DNA of 64,000 nt from a virus, in the IMG/VR virus record IMGVR_UViG_3300032038_000071, positions 1 through 64,000 of that record; one strand, written 5' to 3'. This document shows positions 50,404 through 60,502 of this stretch, piece by piece. Position 1 is the stretch's first letter. The number at the start of each line of letters is the position of its first letter. The translations under genes were made by a program, and so were the position numbers. A model generated the notes under the pieces. The model ran no database searches. It had not been told where the DNA came from and worked only from the letters and a program-made list of their open reading frames with translations.

Positions 50404-53400
50404 CTATCTCCTTCCCGTCTGCTTATATTTCTTATCTTCCTCATCCCACACAGCTTGTGCAACAACTTTACTGTTTAATTGTAACACAACAGGTGCGTTA
50501 TTGCTACTAATATTCATATCTGCTAGGGCAGTCTTAAATGCGTCAATCATTGTAGCAAGAGGTGTTTCAATATTAGTACCGCTAGACTGGTCACCCAACA
50601 TAGCAAGAAACTCTCTGTTTGGTGGTATAACCGCACCCTGTGCCAGTAGAGGTATTTTTGGGATTGAAGAGAAAAATGGTAAAGAAGAGAATAAACTTGT
50701 AGCACCAAATTTAATCCCTCTCAATCTGTTCAAAGCAGTATTAATTGCACTGAATGGAGTAGCTACTACAGTATTCATTCCAGAAAGCAGACCATTTACA
50801 GTATTCTTCATTGATTCTGATATATCTGTGTTAAATTCTCCAAAGACTGTACTTCCGTTGCTGAACGCTTCTTGTACTGTATTCCATGAATCTTCAAAAG
50901 TTGTTCCAAAGAAAGTAGGTAAGTCTGTAAATGCACCTTCAATATTATCTTTAACACTTGTAAAATGGTTTGTCAGAGAATCCTCAGCGAATGCTTGTTT
51001 AGCTCCTGACAATGTTTCAGCAAATCTCTCTTGCACATCAGATGGCATACCATTAAATGATGTAACAACCTCTTCGGCTCTTGCTTCAAAAGTAGGTTTA
51101 ATAGAATCCTCATTGAACTCTTCCTTGATACCTTCTTTTGTTTGAGCAAATAATTCTTGAACATCGGATGGCATACCATTAAATGATTCTACAGTATTAT
51201 CCTTTGTCTGTTGCATCAATTCTTGTACTTCTGAAGGCATACCGTTGAATGTTTGTACTGCATCATCCCTTGTTTGTTGCATGAGTTCCTGAACATCTGA
51301 CGGCATACCATTGAATGTCTGAACAACAGTATCTTTGGTTTCCTGCACTTTTTCTTGAACGTCTGACGGCATACCGTTAAATGTCTGAGTGACAGCTTTT
51401 TCGGTTTTCTTCATAGCTTCTTCAACGTCAGACGGAATGCCATTAGCCATAACGTGTACTGATTCTGTTATATTCTCTGTACCCCCACTCGTTTCTTGGG
51501 CGGCTTTTTGCATAGCCTCTTTTGCAGATGTAGGAATAGAATCAAGAGAATCCTTTACGTCTTTTGTACTCTTTTTTGTTTCTTCCTGTAGTCTGTTTAT
51601 TTCTTCAACATAATTATCACAGCTATTTTTAAACTTCTCCCATTCTTCATCTGAAACAAGTTCGTGAAGTCCAAGAACATCATACGAATACTGCGCACGT
51701 TGGAATGTTTCATTTACTGAATCAGAAATCTCTTTAGCTTTTTTGTTAGCTTTATCAAGTGTGTCTGGTCCACCTGTAAGCATATCAGATATAGCATTTC
51801 CAAGAGTAGTACCACCAGTTGTTTGCGAATATTCTGTTGCGGCTTTACCAATTTCATCTGCGGCTTCATACAAATACTTTGTAGGACCGTGTGACATTTT
51901 CTGATATTCAGCCGCCATTTCATCGTCACCAAAAGCAGTTGCTATAACAGAACCTATGCTACCAGCTAAACTACTTCCAAACTCAAACAGCGCATACCCA
52001 GCGCCAATAGCACCGACTACCTTACCGACTGATGTACTAAAGAATTTAGACAATGCACCCGAAACTTTGCCCGCTAAACCACCACCTGTGGCAGATGTAA
52101 CTCCACCACTGATAGCATCTGCTATATTTGTGCTGAATAATCCAGTTATTTTACCCCATAGCCATTTAGCACCAAATATAGCTAATAAGGCTGTACCTAT
52201 ATCTGCAAGTGCTTCTGGATTTGAGGCAAGTCCAAGTAACGCTTTTCCTAATCCTTTGATTAATGCAAGTGCTACTTTACCAAGTTCGACAATTAATCCT
52301 AGCCAATCTATATTAGTAAGTAAATCAGCTATTGCTTTTCCTACTTCATACCAGTCCACTGTTTCTATAAAGTCTGCAATCGCACCAATTATATTCTTTG
52401 CACAATCTGATAAGTCAGTTGCTAGTTGTGCAAAATCAATACCATTTAAAAATTCATTGATAGCATTACCTACTGTTACGCCTAATTGAGAAGATACAAT
52501 GAAACTACTTAATCCTGTAAGTATTCCACTTGCAAGATTTGATAGGTCAGCACCAAGTGTGTCCCAATGAATATCTTGTATAAGGTTCTTTAAACTTTCA
52601 CCAAGTTTAGAACCAAGTTGTTCCCACTTAAGACCCTTCTCTGGGTCTACAAGTCCTGCGGCAAAGTCGATAATAGCATTTATCTTTCCAGCAAAAAATC
52701 TTCCTACCGTCTCTGGTTCTATTGTATCAACAAGACCATTAACAGCATCAGCTATCTTGCCACCCAGCTTCTTCCAAGGTACTGTTTCCCACCAAGTAGC
52801 AACTGTATCCATGAATGCCATAACAGTATCACCGATAGTTCTGCCAAGTAAATCAGCATCCCAACCGTCAATGAAACCACCAAGTATTCTGCCGATATTC
52901 TGTGCCCATTTAACACTCTTTGGTCTAAATTTCTTAACCCAATCATCAAACCTCTCTGTGATTATATTAAGTTTATCAGCAAATGCACTTCCGACACCTT
53001 CCCAATCGCCTTTTGCAATAGCTTCTTTTATAATCTTTGCTAAATCACTTTCAGCGGCAACTTTCTCAAACTCACCTGTAAGTCCGTCTGCGGCTCCACT
53101 TCCACCGCCACCACTATCCTTAGGCTGGTCTATAACAAGAAGATTATCATACTCGGCAAGTTCTTTATTAGCTTCTTTAGCCGCACTACCTACACCCTTA
53201 ATGCTATCAGCATAACTATCGTCAGCTTTCTTGGCTTTATAGATATAAGACTGTCCTGTAATTATTGCAAAGAAATTTGCTAAAGCGGTTGCGGCGGCAG
53301 ATATTAAATCAATGATATAAACAAGTGCGGGTGCTAAAGCGTGCATGAGAGGTTGTGCCATAGTTCCCATACTTAACTTCATGGCATTAAATGAGTTCAT

Positions 53401-54261
53401 AAGTGCTGATACATCAGCATCAACTTCCTCAAATTGTGTAGCCATAAGTTTTAATGCGTCCTGTGTATATGCTCTTAATTTTCTCCATAAGATGAAAACA
53501 GAACGAATACCCAAGCCCCATTTCAAAGTATTTTTTATTATCTTCTTCATTGACATATTATGTGCTTCTGATGCCTTATTTATGCCAAGAAGTTTTGAAC
53601 CAATATTAGAAATACCTTTGACTGCTTTAGATACCGAATGTGCAACTTTTGTAAATGCTTTGACAATATTACTTGCGGTTTGTTTAATTCTACTAATACG
53701 TTCCTTAAATCGGTTCCAAGAACTGCTAGCACGGTAACCTTCTTTAGCGACCTCTCTTGCACTACTCGTCAGCATAGCCATTCTATTATTAGCATCACCT
53801 AATCGTTCCGCAAGTCTCTGATACTCATCCGTATCTTTACCGAGTAGCCACTTTTGACCTTTTTGTTCAAGTGCCTGCTGATATGTTTGAGTATCTCTAA
53901 TCCGTTTTTGCGTGAATTGTAGTGCTACAGTTGCCTTTGTAATATCAGTGGGATTTGTAAGTGTTTTAAGTTGCTGTTTATAATTCTCAACTTCTTTTTC
54001 CAATCTTTCAATATCATTTATTGTTTTTTGAAAAATTGGTGTATATCCCACTCTCTTATTTTCAAGTTTAGCCATTTGACGTTCAAGATTCCAAGCGGCT
54101 GAACTAGCACTACTCATCTGTTTCTTGATATTATCAAATTGTTTACCAAGATTTTTGCCAGATGTTTTATCAAATATATCTTTTATTTCCAATTGTAGGT
54201 CATGTGCTTTGTCGATGGCATCTTGCGGGTCAAGCCCTATCGACATTGTTATATCAGCCAT
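50404..54261 (-). CDS. tail tape measure protein
   Basis: ORF track, 1285 aa. Coiled-coil N-terminus, Gly/Ala-rich TM-like central region, tandem repeats. Position matches. Confidence 0.9.
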   Translation of the reverse strand: MADITMSIGLDPQDAIDKAHDLQLEIKDIFDKTSGKNLGKQFDNIKKQMSSASSAAWNLERQMAKLENKRVGYTPIFQKTINDIERLEKEVENYKQQLKTLTNPTDITKATVALQFTQKRIRDTQTYQQALEQKGQKWLLGKDTDEYQRLAERLGDANNRMAMLTSSAREVAKEGYRASSSWNRFKERISRIKQTASNIVKAFTKVAHSVSKAVKGISNIGSKLLGINKASEAHNMSMKKIIKNTLKWGLGIRSVFILWRKLRAYTQDALKLMATQFEEVDADVSALMNSFNAMKLSMGTMAQPLMHALAPALVYIIDLISAAATALANFFAIITGQSYIYKAKKADDSYADSIKGVGSAAKEANKELAEYDNLLVIDQPKDSGGGGSGAADGLTGEFEKVAAESDLAKIIKEAIAKGDWEGVGSAFADKLNIITERFDDWVKKFRPKSVKWAQNIGRILGGFIDGWDADLLGRTIGDTVMAFMDTVATWWETVPWKKLGGKIADAVNGLVDTIEPETVGRFFAGKINAIIDFAAGLVDPEKGLKWEQLGSKLGESLKNLIQDIHWDTLGADLSNLASGILTGLSSFIVSSQLGVTVGNAINEFLNGIDFAQLATDLSDCAKNIIGAIADFIETVDWYEVGKAIADLLTNIDWLGLIVELGKVALALIKGLGKALLGLASNPEALADIGTALLAIFGAKWLWGKITGLFSTNIADAISGGVTSATGGGLAGKVSGALSKFFSTSVGKVVGAIGAGYALFEFGSSLAGSIGSVIATAFGDDEMAAEYQKMSHGPTKYLYEAADEIGKAATEYSQTTGGTTLGNAISDMLTGGPDTLDKANKKAKEISDSVNETFQRAQYSYDVLGLHELVSDEEWEKFKNSCDNYVEEINRLQEETKKSTKDVKDSLDSIPTSAKEAMQKAAQETSGGTENITESVHVMANGIPSDVEEAMKKTEKAVTQTFNGMPSDVQEKVQETKDTVVQTFNGMPSDVQELMQQTRDDAVQTFNGMPSEVQELMQQTKDNTVESFNGMPSDVQELFAQTKEGIKEEFNEDSIKPTFEARAEEVVTSFNGMPSDVQERFAETLSGAKQAFAEDSLTNHFTSVKDNIEGAFTDLPTFFGTTFEDSWNTVQEAFSNGSTVFGEFNTDISESMKNTVNGLLSGMNTVVATPFSAINTALNRLRGIKFGATSLFSSLPFFSSIPKIPLLAQGAVIPPNREFLAMLGDQSSGTNIETPLATMIDAFKTALADMNISSNNAPVVLQLNSKVVAQAVWDEEDKKYKQTGRR
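51041..51450 (-). repeat. in-frame tandem repeats inside the tape measure (FNGMPSDVQE units, 66-nt period)
   Basis: Six copies of GGCATACC(A/G)TT(A/G)AATG-like cores at about 51041, 51166, 51235, 51298, 51364 and 51428. Confidence 0.8.
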
Positions 54262-54288
54262 TTACATTCACCTACTTTCTATAATAAT

Positions 54289-54870
54289 CTATTTTGCGTT
54301 CCACAAACTCATTACCCAATCATCAGCTTCTCTATCTTCAAGTGTTTTAGAGTTCCAAGTAAAGTATTGTGGATTATCACGTTTAAACTGTTGTTCGTAT
54401 TTTTCCAATTTCTTATTAGTGACTATCTTATGTCTGATACTAACAACCTGTGATAACAAAGAATCACCGACTGCTGTGTAGTAACCCATAAAAGTCCACC
54501 AATGAATATAAGGTGCTAAACGAATCTCTGTATTAGCTACTTTATTGATTGCGGCACAAATCATCTGTTCATCTTTATCCCAATCAATAAGTCTGTAATT
54601 AAACTTTGCACCTATACTTTCTTCTTCTCCGCAATTAAAGAATTTATACATTTCCTTAATTGCCTGCCCTATATCCGGTATATTATCTATGTCCTCGATG
54701 CTATTTACATCTTCATAAAAAATAATAAGGCAGGCTATCGCACGTTCTTGTTCAGTCAATTCCGTATCATTTAATGCAGAAAAACAATCAAGAACGACAC
54801 GATAATCTCCCTTATTTCTTATACCGAAAGACTTGTCTTGTATTGTGATTGAAGTTGGTATATTATACAT
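54289..54870 (-). CDS. Gp15-family tail assembly protein
   Basis: ORF track, 193 aa. The N-terminal pattern resembles the Phage_Gp15 family. Position is just before the tape measure. Confidence 0.5.
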   Translation of the reverse strand: MYNIPTSITIQDKSFGIRNKGDYRVVLDCFSALNDTELTEQERAIACLIIFYEDVNSIEDIDNIPDIGQAIKEMYKFFNCGEEESIGAKFNYRLIDWDKDEQMICAAINKVANTEIRLAPYIHWWTFMGYYTAVGDSLLSQVVSIRHKIVTNKKLEKYEQQFKRDNPQYFTWNSKTLEDREADDWVMSLWNAK

Positions 54871-54873
54871 ATA

Positions 54874-55413
54874 TTATTTCCTAATATATTTATCGGTATG
54901 CTTGTTAATACGTTTCCTCATCAGTGCATATTCCTTATCAAGGTTTGTCTCATACAGTTTGGTAAGTTTATCAAGTACATACTCATATGTAAACTGACCG
55001 TTGTGTGGGTCAAACATTGAACCTGAAGGAACAACTTTAGCTGAAACATCAGCATCAAATATATAATCCATAATTTCTCTCATTTCAGAATCAATTTCAC
55101 GAAGTACCTGTGATATATTTCCCTTTTCTACTACTTCATCAAGAGAATCATCATCTGAACTTTCACTCTGCACTTTCATAAGATTTGCCTTCTGTTCAAG
55201 TGCAACAAGTTTAGGGTAGGAATCCTCGATACGATTGATTACTGATAAATCAGATGTATTAAGTTCCAGTATTCTGTTATTATCTCCATCAATTCTAAAC
55301 TTCTTTTTTCTAATATCATCAAAATTGACATCCACAATATCATTGTCTACTGGTGCTTCTACCTTAACTTCTTCTTTTACCTCTTCACTAATTGGATTAG
55401 ACTTCTTTGTCAT
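54874..55413 (-). CDS. tail assembly chaperone-like acidic protein
   Basis: ORF track, 179 aa; called on position. Confidence 0.45.
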   Translation of the reverse strand: MTKKSNPISEEVKEEVKVEAPVDNDIVDVNFDDIRKKKFRIDGDNNRILELNTSDLSVINRIEDSYPKLVALEQKANLMKVQSESSDDDSLDEVVEKGNISQVLREIDSEMREIMDYIFDADVSAKVVPSGSMFDPHNGQFTYEYVLDKLTKLYETNLDKEYALMRKRINKHTDKYIRK

Positions 55414-55435
55414 ATCTTGTACCTCCTAATATTAA

Positions 55436-55981
55436 TTAAACATCTGCTGTAAACTCAAAGTCTGCTGTAATCTTATCAACTGTACCTGTCTGTGGCTTGC
55501 CTGAACCATTCCAGTCATTACTGTAATATACAGTGATTGGGAAGTTTACGTTAGAATCTCCACCAAATGAATCATAAGAGATTGTGCATCCGCTATGTCT
55601 CTCAGCCTCATAACCGTCCTGTGCATTACCAATAAATGCAGTAATTACATAAAGGTTAAACTGATTAAGTTCTGATACAGCATTTCTCCTACGAATATCA
55701 TTGAGAAGTGCGCCCAGCTTACTTCCACCCAGTACAAGAAACGGGTCGAATGGTTGCTGTGGCTGTGTTCTGTTTACATCGGTGTAATTGATACCACGAA
55801 TATCAGTTGTAGTTTCAATGTCAGCATTGTACTCAATGCTTGAATCTTCTGTACGAGTACCAAGAATTTCTCTTACTTCTGTTGATGTTGTACCGACTGT
55901 TTCAGTCCACTCAACAACTGTGATAAGAAGCTTTCTTTCGGCTCTCTGACCTGCGTTTAAGTTAAACTGCTTAACTGCCAT
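55436..55981 (-). CDS. major tail protein
   Basis: ORF track, 181 aa; called on position upstream of the chaperones and tape measure. Confidence 0.55.
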   Translation of the reverse strand: MAVKQFNLNAGQRAERKLLITVVEWTETVGTTSTEVREILGTRTEDSSIEYNADIETTTDIRGINYTDVNRTQPQQPFDPFLVLGGSKLGALLNDIRRRNAVSELNQFNLYVITAFIGNAQDGYEAERHSGCTISYDSFGGDSNVNFPITVYYSNDWNGSGKPQTGTVDKITADFEFTADV

Positions 55982-55999
55982 TGTAGTAGTCTCCTTTCA

Positions 56000-56482
56000 T
56001 TATTTCCATATTACTTTTGAGTTATCTACATATTTTATTCTTATTGCTATACTATATCTTCCTAATGCTGGTTGCACTGATGTATCAACATCTTCAAGTA
56101 CCGGTGTGGAGGTTAAAGTTTCCATTGAATCGACTATACAATCTTCTCCAAAATCCGGAAAGTTGTAAACGGAAGCTTGTTCATTTATCCAGTCAATCAG
56201 ACTTTGAACATCTGCAAGGTCACTGACGTTTTCATCAGGATAACCCTCTGCCTTTACCACAGCATTTTGAGATACAGATTTGAATAAGATTATTGTAAAT
56301 ATATATTCCTTCAATATACTTCCATCAACATACTTTACTTGTAAAGCTGTATCATTTCCGGAAGTAATAATCTGATTATTATTATCCTTTGCATTTATGA
56401 AGTTAAAGAAAAGTGGATTATTAGCAATAACAGGACAGTCTAAAAGAAAACTGATTATTGCTTCATTCTTATCTACTGTCAT
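56000..56482 (-). CDS. tail completion / terminator-like protein
   Basis: ORF track; called on position only. Confidence 0.4.
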   Translation of the reverse strand: MTVDKNEAIISFLLDCPVIANNPLFFNFINAKDNNNQIITSGNDTALQVKYVDGSILKEYIFTIILFKSVSQNAVVKAEGYPDENVSDLADVQSLIDWINEQASVYNFPDFGEDCIVDSMETLTSTPVLEDVDTSVQPALGRYSIAIRIKYVDNSKVIWK

Positions 56483-56892
56483 TTCTTTATCTCCTTTTTG
56501 ACAAGTGGTGTTGCATAGTTTACAAGAGTTCTATATCCAGGACTTCCTGAAGCAATCTGCTTTGTCCAGAATGACTTAGCGTATTTGTGAACAGTTCTTG
56601 TTCTGTGTCTGAATATATGATTATGCTGATAAGCGGCATACGACATTGTTTTTCCAACACCTGGTTGTCCCCAAACTACTTGGGTATATCTTGCGTGTTG
56701 TACTATATGTGCGCTTGAATTAAGTGCGCCAGTTTTGTACGGAACATAAGGTTCTACAATTTGAAGCGCACGCTTGGCAATCTGTTGCATAACAACAGGA
56801 TTCTTGCCTAATGCAATTAATGGATTTGTTACCTTTTCACGAATTGCACTTTTTAAATCCTTTGCACTTATATTAAAAGTCATTTGTGCCAT
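56479..56892 (-). CDS. neck / head-tail joining protein
   Basis: ORF track; called on position only. Confidence 0.4.
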   Translation of the reverse strand: MAQMTFNISAKDLKSAIREKVTNPLIALGKNPVVMQQIAKRALQIVEPYVPYKTGALNSSAHIVQHARYTQVVWGQPGVGKTMSYAAYQHNHIFRHRTRTVHKYAKSFWTKQIASGSPGYRTLVNYATPLVKKEIKK

Positions 56893-56895
56893 ATA

Positions 56896-57342
56896 TTACA
56901 CACCCTTTACATAATAATGTTCATTACATCTTCCTGCTCCAACATTAACTGCAAACTCTTGTACTTCCATACACCCTTGCAATTCTTTGTACCTCTTTAA
57001 TAAATCTGTTGACCTTTGACCTGACTGATATTCATTAACAATGTCATCTACTTCACCTTTAATTATAATATCTCCTTGACCAAGTGTAAAGTAATTACCC
57101 ATCTCGTCATTAGGTAATTTATTCCATACATACTTTTCAAGAAATCTATCATCTTTAGGTATTCTGCATATGATATTGTTAGTCTCTAATACAGTTTCCC
57201 CTACAGTTATTTTATCTCCTGTGTACTTCCAGAAACAATTAGGCACAGTGTTTCTAAACCACATAACTATATTGGTTACAGGGTCCTCATAACGATTATA
57301 TATGGTTAATGTTGTTTCCCACCACGGTGCATAATTACTCAT
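56896..57342 (-). CDS. head closure / head-tail joining protein
   Basis: ORF track. Start moved to MSNYAPWW (ATGAGTAA overlap with the upstream stop). Confidence 0.4.
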   Translation of the reverse strand: MSNYAPWWETTLTIYNRYEDPVTNIVMWFRNTVPNCFWKYTGDKITVGETVLETNNIICRIPKDDRFLEKYVWNKLPNDEMGNYFTLGQGDIIIKGEVDDIVNEYQSGQRSTDLLKRYKELQGCMEVQEFAVNVGAGRCNEHYYVKGV

Positions 57343-57748
57343 CTGGATATATACCTCTATAAAGAACTCGTCTACCTGCTTCATTTCTTACATCAACCAA
57401 ATATTGACGTATCATATCTTCTGTTTCATTTCGGGTTAAACTAAATAATATATCTGCCCTTGGAACATTGTATGATATTGAAACACCGTCATTTGACTGT
57501 GAAGCTATTGCAGGTTCTGTACTGCCGTCAGATTTCCAACCCATTGATAAAGCATCCGTTTGTTGCTGTACCAACTTTATCAATCTGAATACGCAATACT
57601 TTAACTCTATCGGAAATGTTGTATCAGCTACCAATCGGTTAAAGGTAACATAATCTATTAACGCTTTAGCTTGGAAATAATAATCATTAAAAGTGGTTTC
57701 ATCTAATGTTCCACCCATATTCTGATATTCTTCATACGTTAAATACAT
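57335..57748 (-). CDS. head-tail connector (adaptor) protein
   Basis: ORF track, 137 aa. An MYLTYEEY... N-terminus is typical of gp6/gp15-like connectors. Position matches. Confidence 0.5.
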   Translation of the reverse strand: MYLTYEEYQNMGGTLDETTFNDYYFQAKALIDYVTFNRLVADTTFPIELKYCVFRLIKLVQQQTDALSMGWKSDGSTEPAIASQSNDGVSISYNVPRADILFSLTRNETEDMIRQYLVDVRNEAGRRVLYRGIYPDE

Positions 57749-57769
57749 TGATTACACCACCTTTATATA

Positions 57770-58087
57770 TTACTCATCATTTCGCTTATTTCGTGCTTTT
57801 GTTGTCTGCTTGATAGATTTATCAGCTTGCGCTTTTAAAGTCTCTATTTCAGCTTTCAGTTGCGTTATTTCAGCATTTAATTTATCAATCGTTTCTGACT
57901 TTTCAATAAATGCTTTTCGTAAGATATTAGGGTCATGTGGTACACTCGCCTGTACCACATTTCCCTTTTCATCTATTACGTCATACCCTGTTGCGGTATA
58001 TTTAGCAACTTCATTTTCGCTTACTCGTAAAACCTTATTAGCTTTTCTAATTCGGATTTCTTTCTGCATAAGTCGCACCTCACTCAC
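57770..58087 (-). CDS. coiled-coil protein (105 aa)
   Basis: ORF track; directly after the capsid gene. Confidence 0.5.
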   Translation of the reverse strand: MSEVRLMQKEIRIRKANKVLRVSENEVAKYTATGYDVIDEKGNVVQASVPHDPNILRKAFIEKSETIDKLNAEITQLKAEIETLKAQADKSIKQTTKARNKRNDE

Positions 58088-59097
58088 TAGGCTGTTGTAG
58101 TTGAAGTAGAAGTTCCGCCACCAGCAGATACGTTGAACTGAATAGCATTTGACTTATTTTCAAGTACGAATACGTCCTCGAATGATTCCTCGTAGTAAAC
58201 GTACTTGCCCTCTGACATAGCAGATGGAGCATCAAGTCTACTGAATGTGTAGCTTACAGGTGTGATAACTGCCATTGGGTGAACAAGGAACATATTAATC
58301 TGCTGTGCATCAGCATCAACCGCATAGTCACTTGAAAAGTCATAAAGTGTTTTCATAAGTGTTGAAGGAACACCGATTACCTGTACCTGGTCAAGTCTAT
58401 TAACTCGTCTATCAATAGCGTTTGGACCACTTGTAATATCCATTGAACGAGAAATCGTCTCTGCGTCTTTGAGAATCTGAAGAACCTCAAATGGAACATA
58501 GAGAATACGTCCATTAGCAGGAACTCTACCGTTATCCATAGCAAGCATAAGAGAATCAAATACTGAAAGGATATTAGCTGTTGTAAGAACAGTTGTATTG
58601 GCAGAATGTGTCTGTGCTGTATCAGGATTCTTCATAGAAGTCCAATCTGCATAAATCTTGCTTATGCAGTAAGCGTCCATTTCTGGGAACTTATGCTCCT
58701 CATTGAATACCTGTGTGATATTTCCGATTGTTGCAACCATATTGGTTTCATCAATATCTCTCGGATGAACAAGTGTTGACCACTTTCTCTGATTTTCAAG
58801 TGTCTTACTTACCCAATTGTTGCTGTAATTTCTCTGTGCAAATGCGATTGTATCTCTGTCGGCATCAATACGACCTGTTGTTGAGATACTTGGAATCTCA
58901 ATAGTCTTTGAGTTTACCCATCTATACTTATTATTGTTTGGTGTTGCATAAAGAGCGCCATAGTTAAGAACGTATGGGAAGTTCTGCTCTAATGCTCTCT
59001 GATATTCGTCAGCGTAATTAAGTGCGCCCATGGCTGTTGAGCCATCGTATGTACCGGTTGTACCATTGTTAGCTGGTGCTACATAAGATGTTGGCAT
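58087..59097 (-). CDS. major capsid protein
   Basis: ORF track, 336 aa. Follows the scaffold gene. Strong SD. Confidence 0.75.
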   Translation of the reverse strand: MPTSYVAPANNGTTGTYDGSTAMGALNYADEYQRALEQNFPYVLNYGALYATPNNNKYRWVNSKTIEIPSISTTGRIDADRDTIAFAQRNYSNNWVSKTLENQRKWSTLVHPRDIDETNMVATIGNITQVFNEEHKFPEMDAYCISKIYADWTSMKNPDTAQTHSANTTVLTTANILSVFDSLMLAMDNGRVPANGRILYVPFEVLQILKDAETISRSMDITSGPNAIDRRVNRLDQVQVIGVPSTLMKTLYDFSSDYAVDADAQQINMFLVHPMAVITPVSYTFSRLDAPSAMSEGKYVYYEESFEDVFVLENKSNAIQFNVSAGGGTSTSTTTA

Positions 59098-59114
59098 AGT
59101 TTTAATCTCCTTTT

Positions 59115-59774
59115 CTAATTATTATTTGGTTTCTGTCTAATACCTGCAAAGTGGAATCCGAATGGATTTTCATTAGTATTAGGCACGTTTGTCTGTGAAC
59201 TTACTGATTGTGCAAATGCAGGCTTTGGTGTGTCATCTTCTTTCTTTTCAACTACAAAAGCATCTGCATTTTCTGTGGAATAGCTTGTCACAAAATCATC
59301 TGCTCCAAGTATCTTACCGTTGTCCATCTTCAATTCTTTTGCAATCATTGAATTAATAAAGTCTCTCTTTGCGGCATTACTTGTAAACTTCTTTGAACTT
59401 GCAAAGTCCTTTACTGCAAACTCATATGCCTGCTTACTCAACTGTTCCTGATAAGACTTAATATCATTATCATACTTTGTCTGTAGAGAATTAAATTCTC
59501 CGGTGAGTGCGGTCAACTTATCTACATCTGTACCAGCCGCTTCAAGTTTTCCCTTTAAGTCTGCTAAATCATTATCTCTTGTAGTGATTGTAGCGTTAAG
59601 GGTTTCGATTGCGGAATCTTTTGCTTTTAAATCATCTTCATACTTATTCTTGCTGACATACTTTCCCTCACCTAAATCAGTAAAGTTAGCATTAGATTCC
59701 TTTGATAGTTTCTGGAACATTTCATAGGTAAGTGTTCCGTTTTCAGACTTCTTAAATAATTCCTCGATTGTCAT
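59115..59774 (-). CDS. capsid scaffolding protein (Phage_GP20-like)
   Basis: ORF track, 219 aa. Helical and coiled-coil. The N-terminus resembles the GP20 family. Confidence 0.7.
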   Translation of the reverse strand: MTIEELFKKSENGTLTYEMFQKLSKESNANFTDLGEGKYVSKNKYEDDLKAKDSAIETLNATITTRDNDLADLKGKLEAAGTDVDKLTALTGEFNSLQTKYDNDIKSYQEQLSKQAYEFAVKDFASSKKFTSNAAKRDFINSMIAKELKMDNGKILGADDFVTSYSTENADAFVVEKKEDDTPKPAFAQSVSSQTNVPNTNENPFGFHFAGIRQKPNNN

Positions 59775-59886
59775 AATCTGTTTCTCCTTTACATTCTTTT
59801 ATATCCGTTTAGCTTGTAAATCCGCAGGTACGGTACTGCGTTTGAATGTGCATTTGTTTAAATGTCTTTATGCTCGACTATATATC

Positions 59887-60102
59887 TTATATCAACTCAT
59901 TTTTGGAGTTGTTATAATTCTTACTTGATATTCCGATTAATGCTCCAAGAAATACTGTAATAGCACCCATTGTCGCACCTATCGGCTCTCCGTATGGTAT
60001 ATTCCATATGCTTGCGATTGTAAGCCATAAAGTTGTTACTGCTGGTAATACAATCGTGACTATATATTTTAAAATATCATATGTCTTATTCTTTAATTCC
60101 AT
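59887..60102 (-). CDS. holin (Dp-1-type, two TM)
   Basis: ORF track, 71 aa. NKTYDILKYIVTIVLPAVTTLWLTIASIWNIPYGEPIGATMGAITVFLGALIGISS resembles Phage_holin_Dp1. Confidence 0.7.
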   Translation of the reverse strand: MELKNKTYDILKYIVTIVLPAVTTLWLTIASIWNIPYGEPIGATMGAITVFLGALIGISSKNYNNSKNELI

Positions 60103-60361
60103 GCTTTAACTCCTTTACTGTGACTTCCAATACGTCTACTCTATTTTCAAGAACTGGTATCTTGCTTGCAAACTCATTATGTTTTCTAACTTCTTCTGTA
60201 AGATTTTCCAGCTTTGTATCTGTTACTGCCTGATTTGTGATTATTTTATTTTCAATGGATTTGTTGCTTGCTGAATTTGTAAGAACCACTCCAACAAATC
60301 CTATTAATGCAACTATGATTGAACCAATTAAAGATATAATAGCTGTACTCATTTTATTCAT
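60086..60361 (-). CDS. N-terminally membrane-anchored coiled-coil protein (possible holin partner)
   Basis: ORF track, 91 aa. TM AIISLIGSIIVALIGFVGVVL followed by a heptad-like region. Overlaps the holin start. Confidence 0.45.
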   Translation of the reverse strand: MNKMSTAIISLIGSIIVALIGFVGVVLTNSASNKSIENKIITNQAVTDTKLENLTEEVRKHNEFASKIPVLENRVDVLEVTVKELKHGIKE

Positions 60362-60376
60362 CCTTTCAAGTTATTC

Positions 60377-60409
60377 GCTATACCGGGTGTATGACGAACC
60401 CGGTATAGC
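60377..60409. other. perfect 12-bp GC-containing hairpin without a clear U-tract
   Basis: GCTATACCGGGT (60377-60388) pairs with ACCCGGTATAGC (60398-60409). Confidence 0.7.
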
Positions 60410-60480
60410 TTTAACAGGAGGTGACAGATATATGCAAAGTAATCTATTCCCAATTAAAATATAACATATATTCCATAAGT

Positions 60481-60502
60481 TGTAAACAATTAATTGTTTA
60501 CA
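60481..60502. repeat. perfect 22-bp palindrome TGTAAACAATTAATTGTTTACA spanning the stop codon of the head-morphogenesis gene
   Basis: Read directly. The centre lies at 60491/60492. Confidence 0.8.

Noticed and set aside
46219-54261. Diversity-generating retroelement targeting a tail fibre
   Set aside because: There is no reverse transcriptase gene and no template/variable repeat pair. The only repeats are the in-frame tape-measure units.
54289-55413. Programmed -1 frameshift between the two chaperone-like genes upstream of the tape measure
   Set aside because: The second ORF has its own ATG 3 nt after the first stop. I saw no slippery heptamer or extended overlapping frame.
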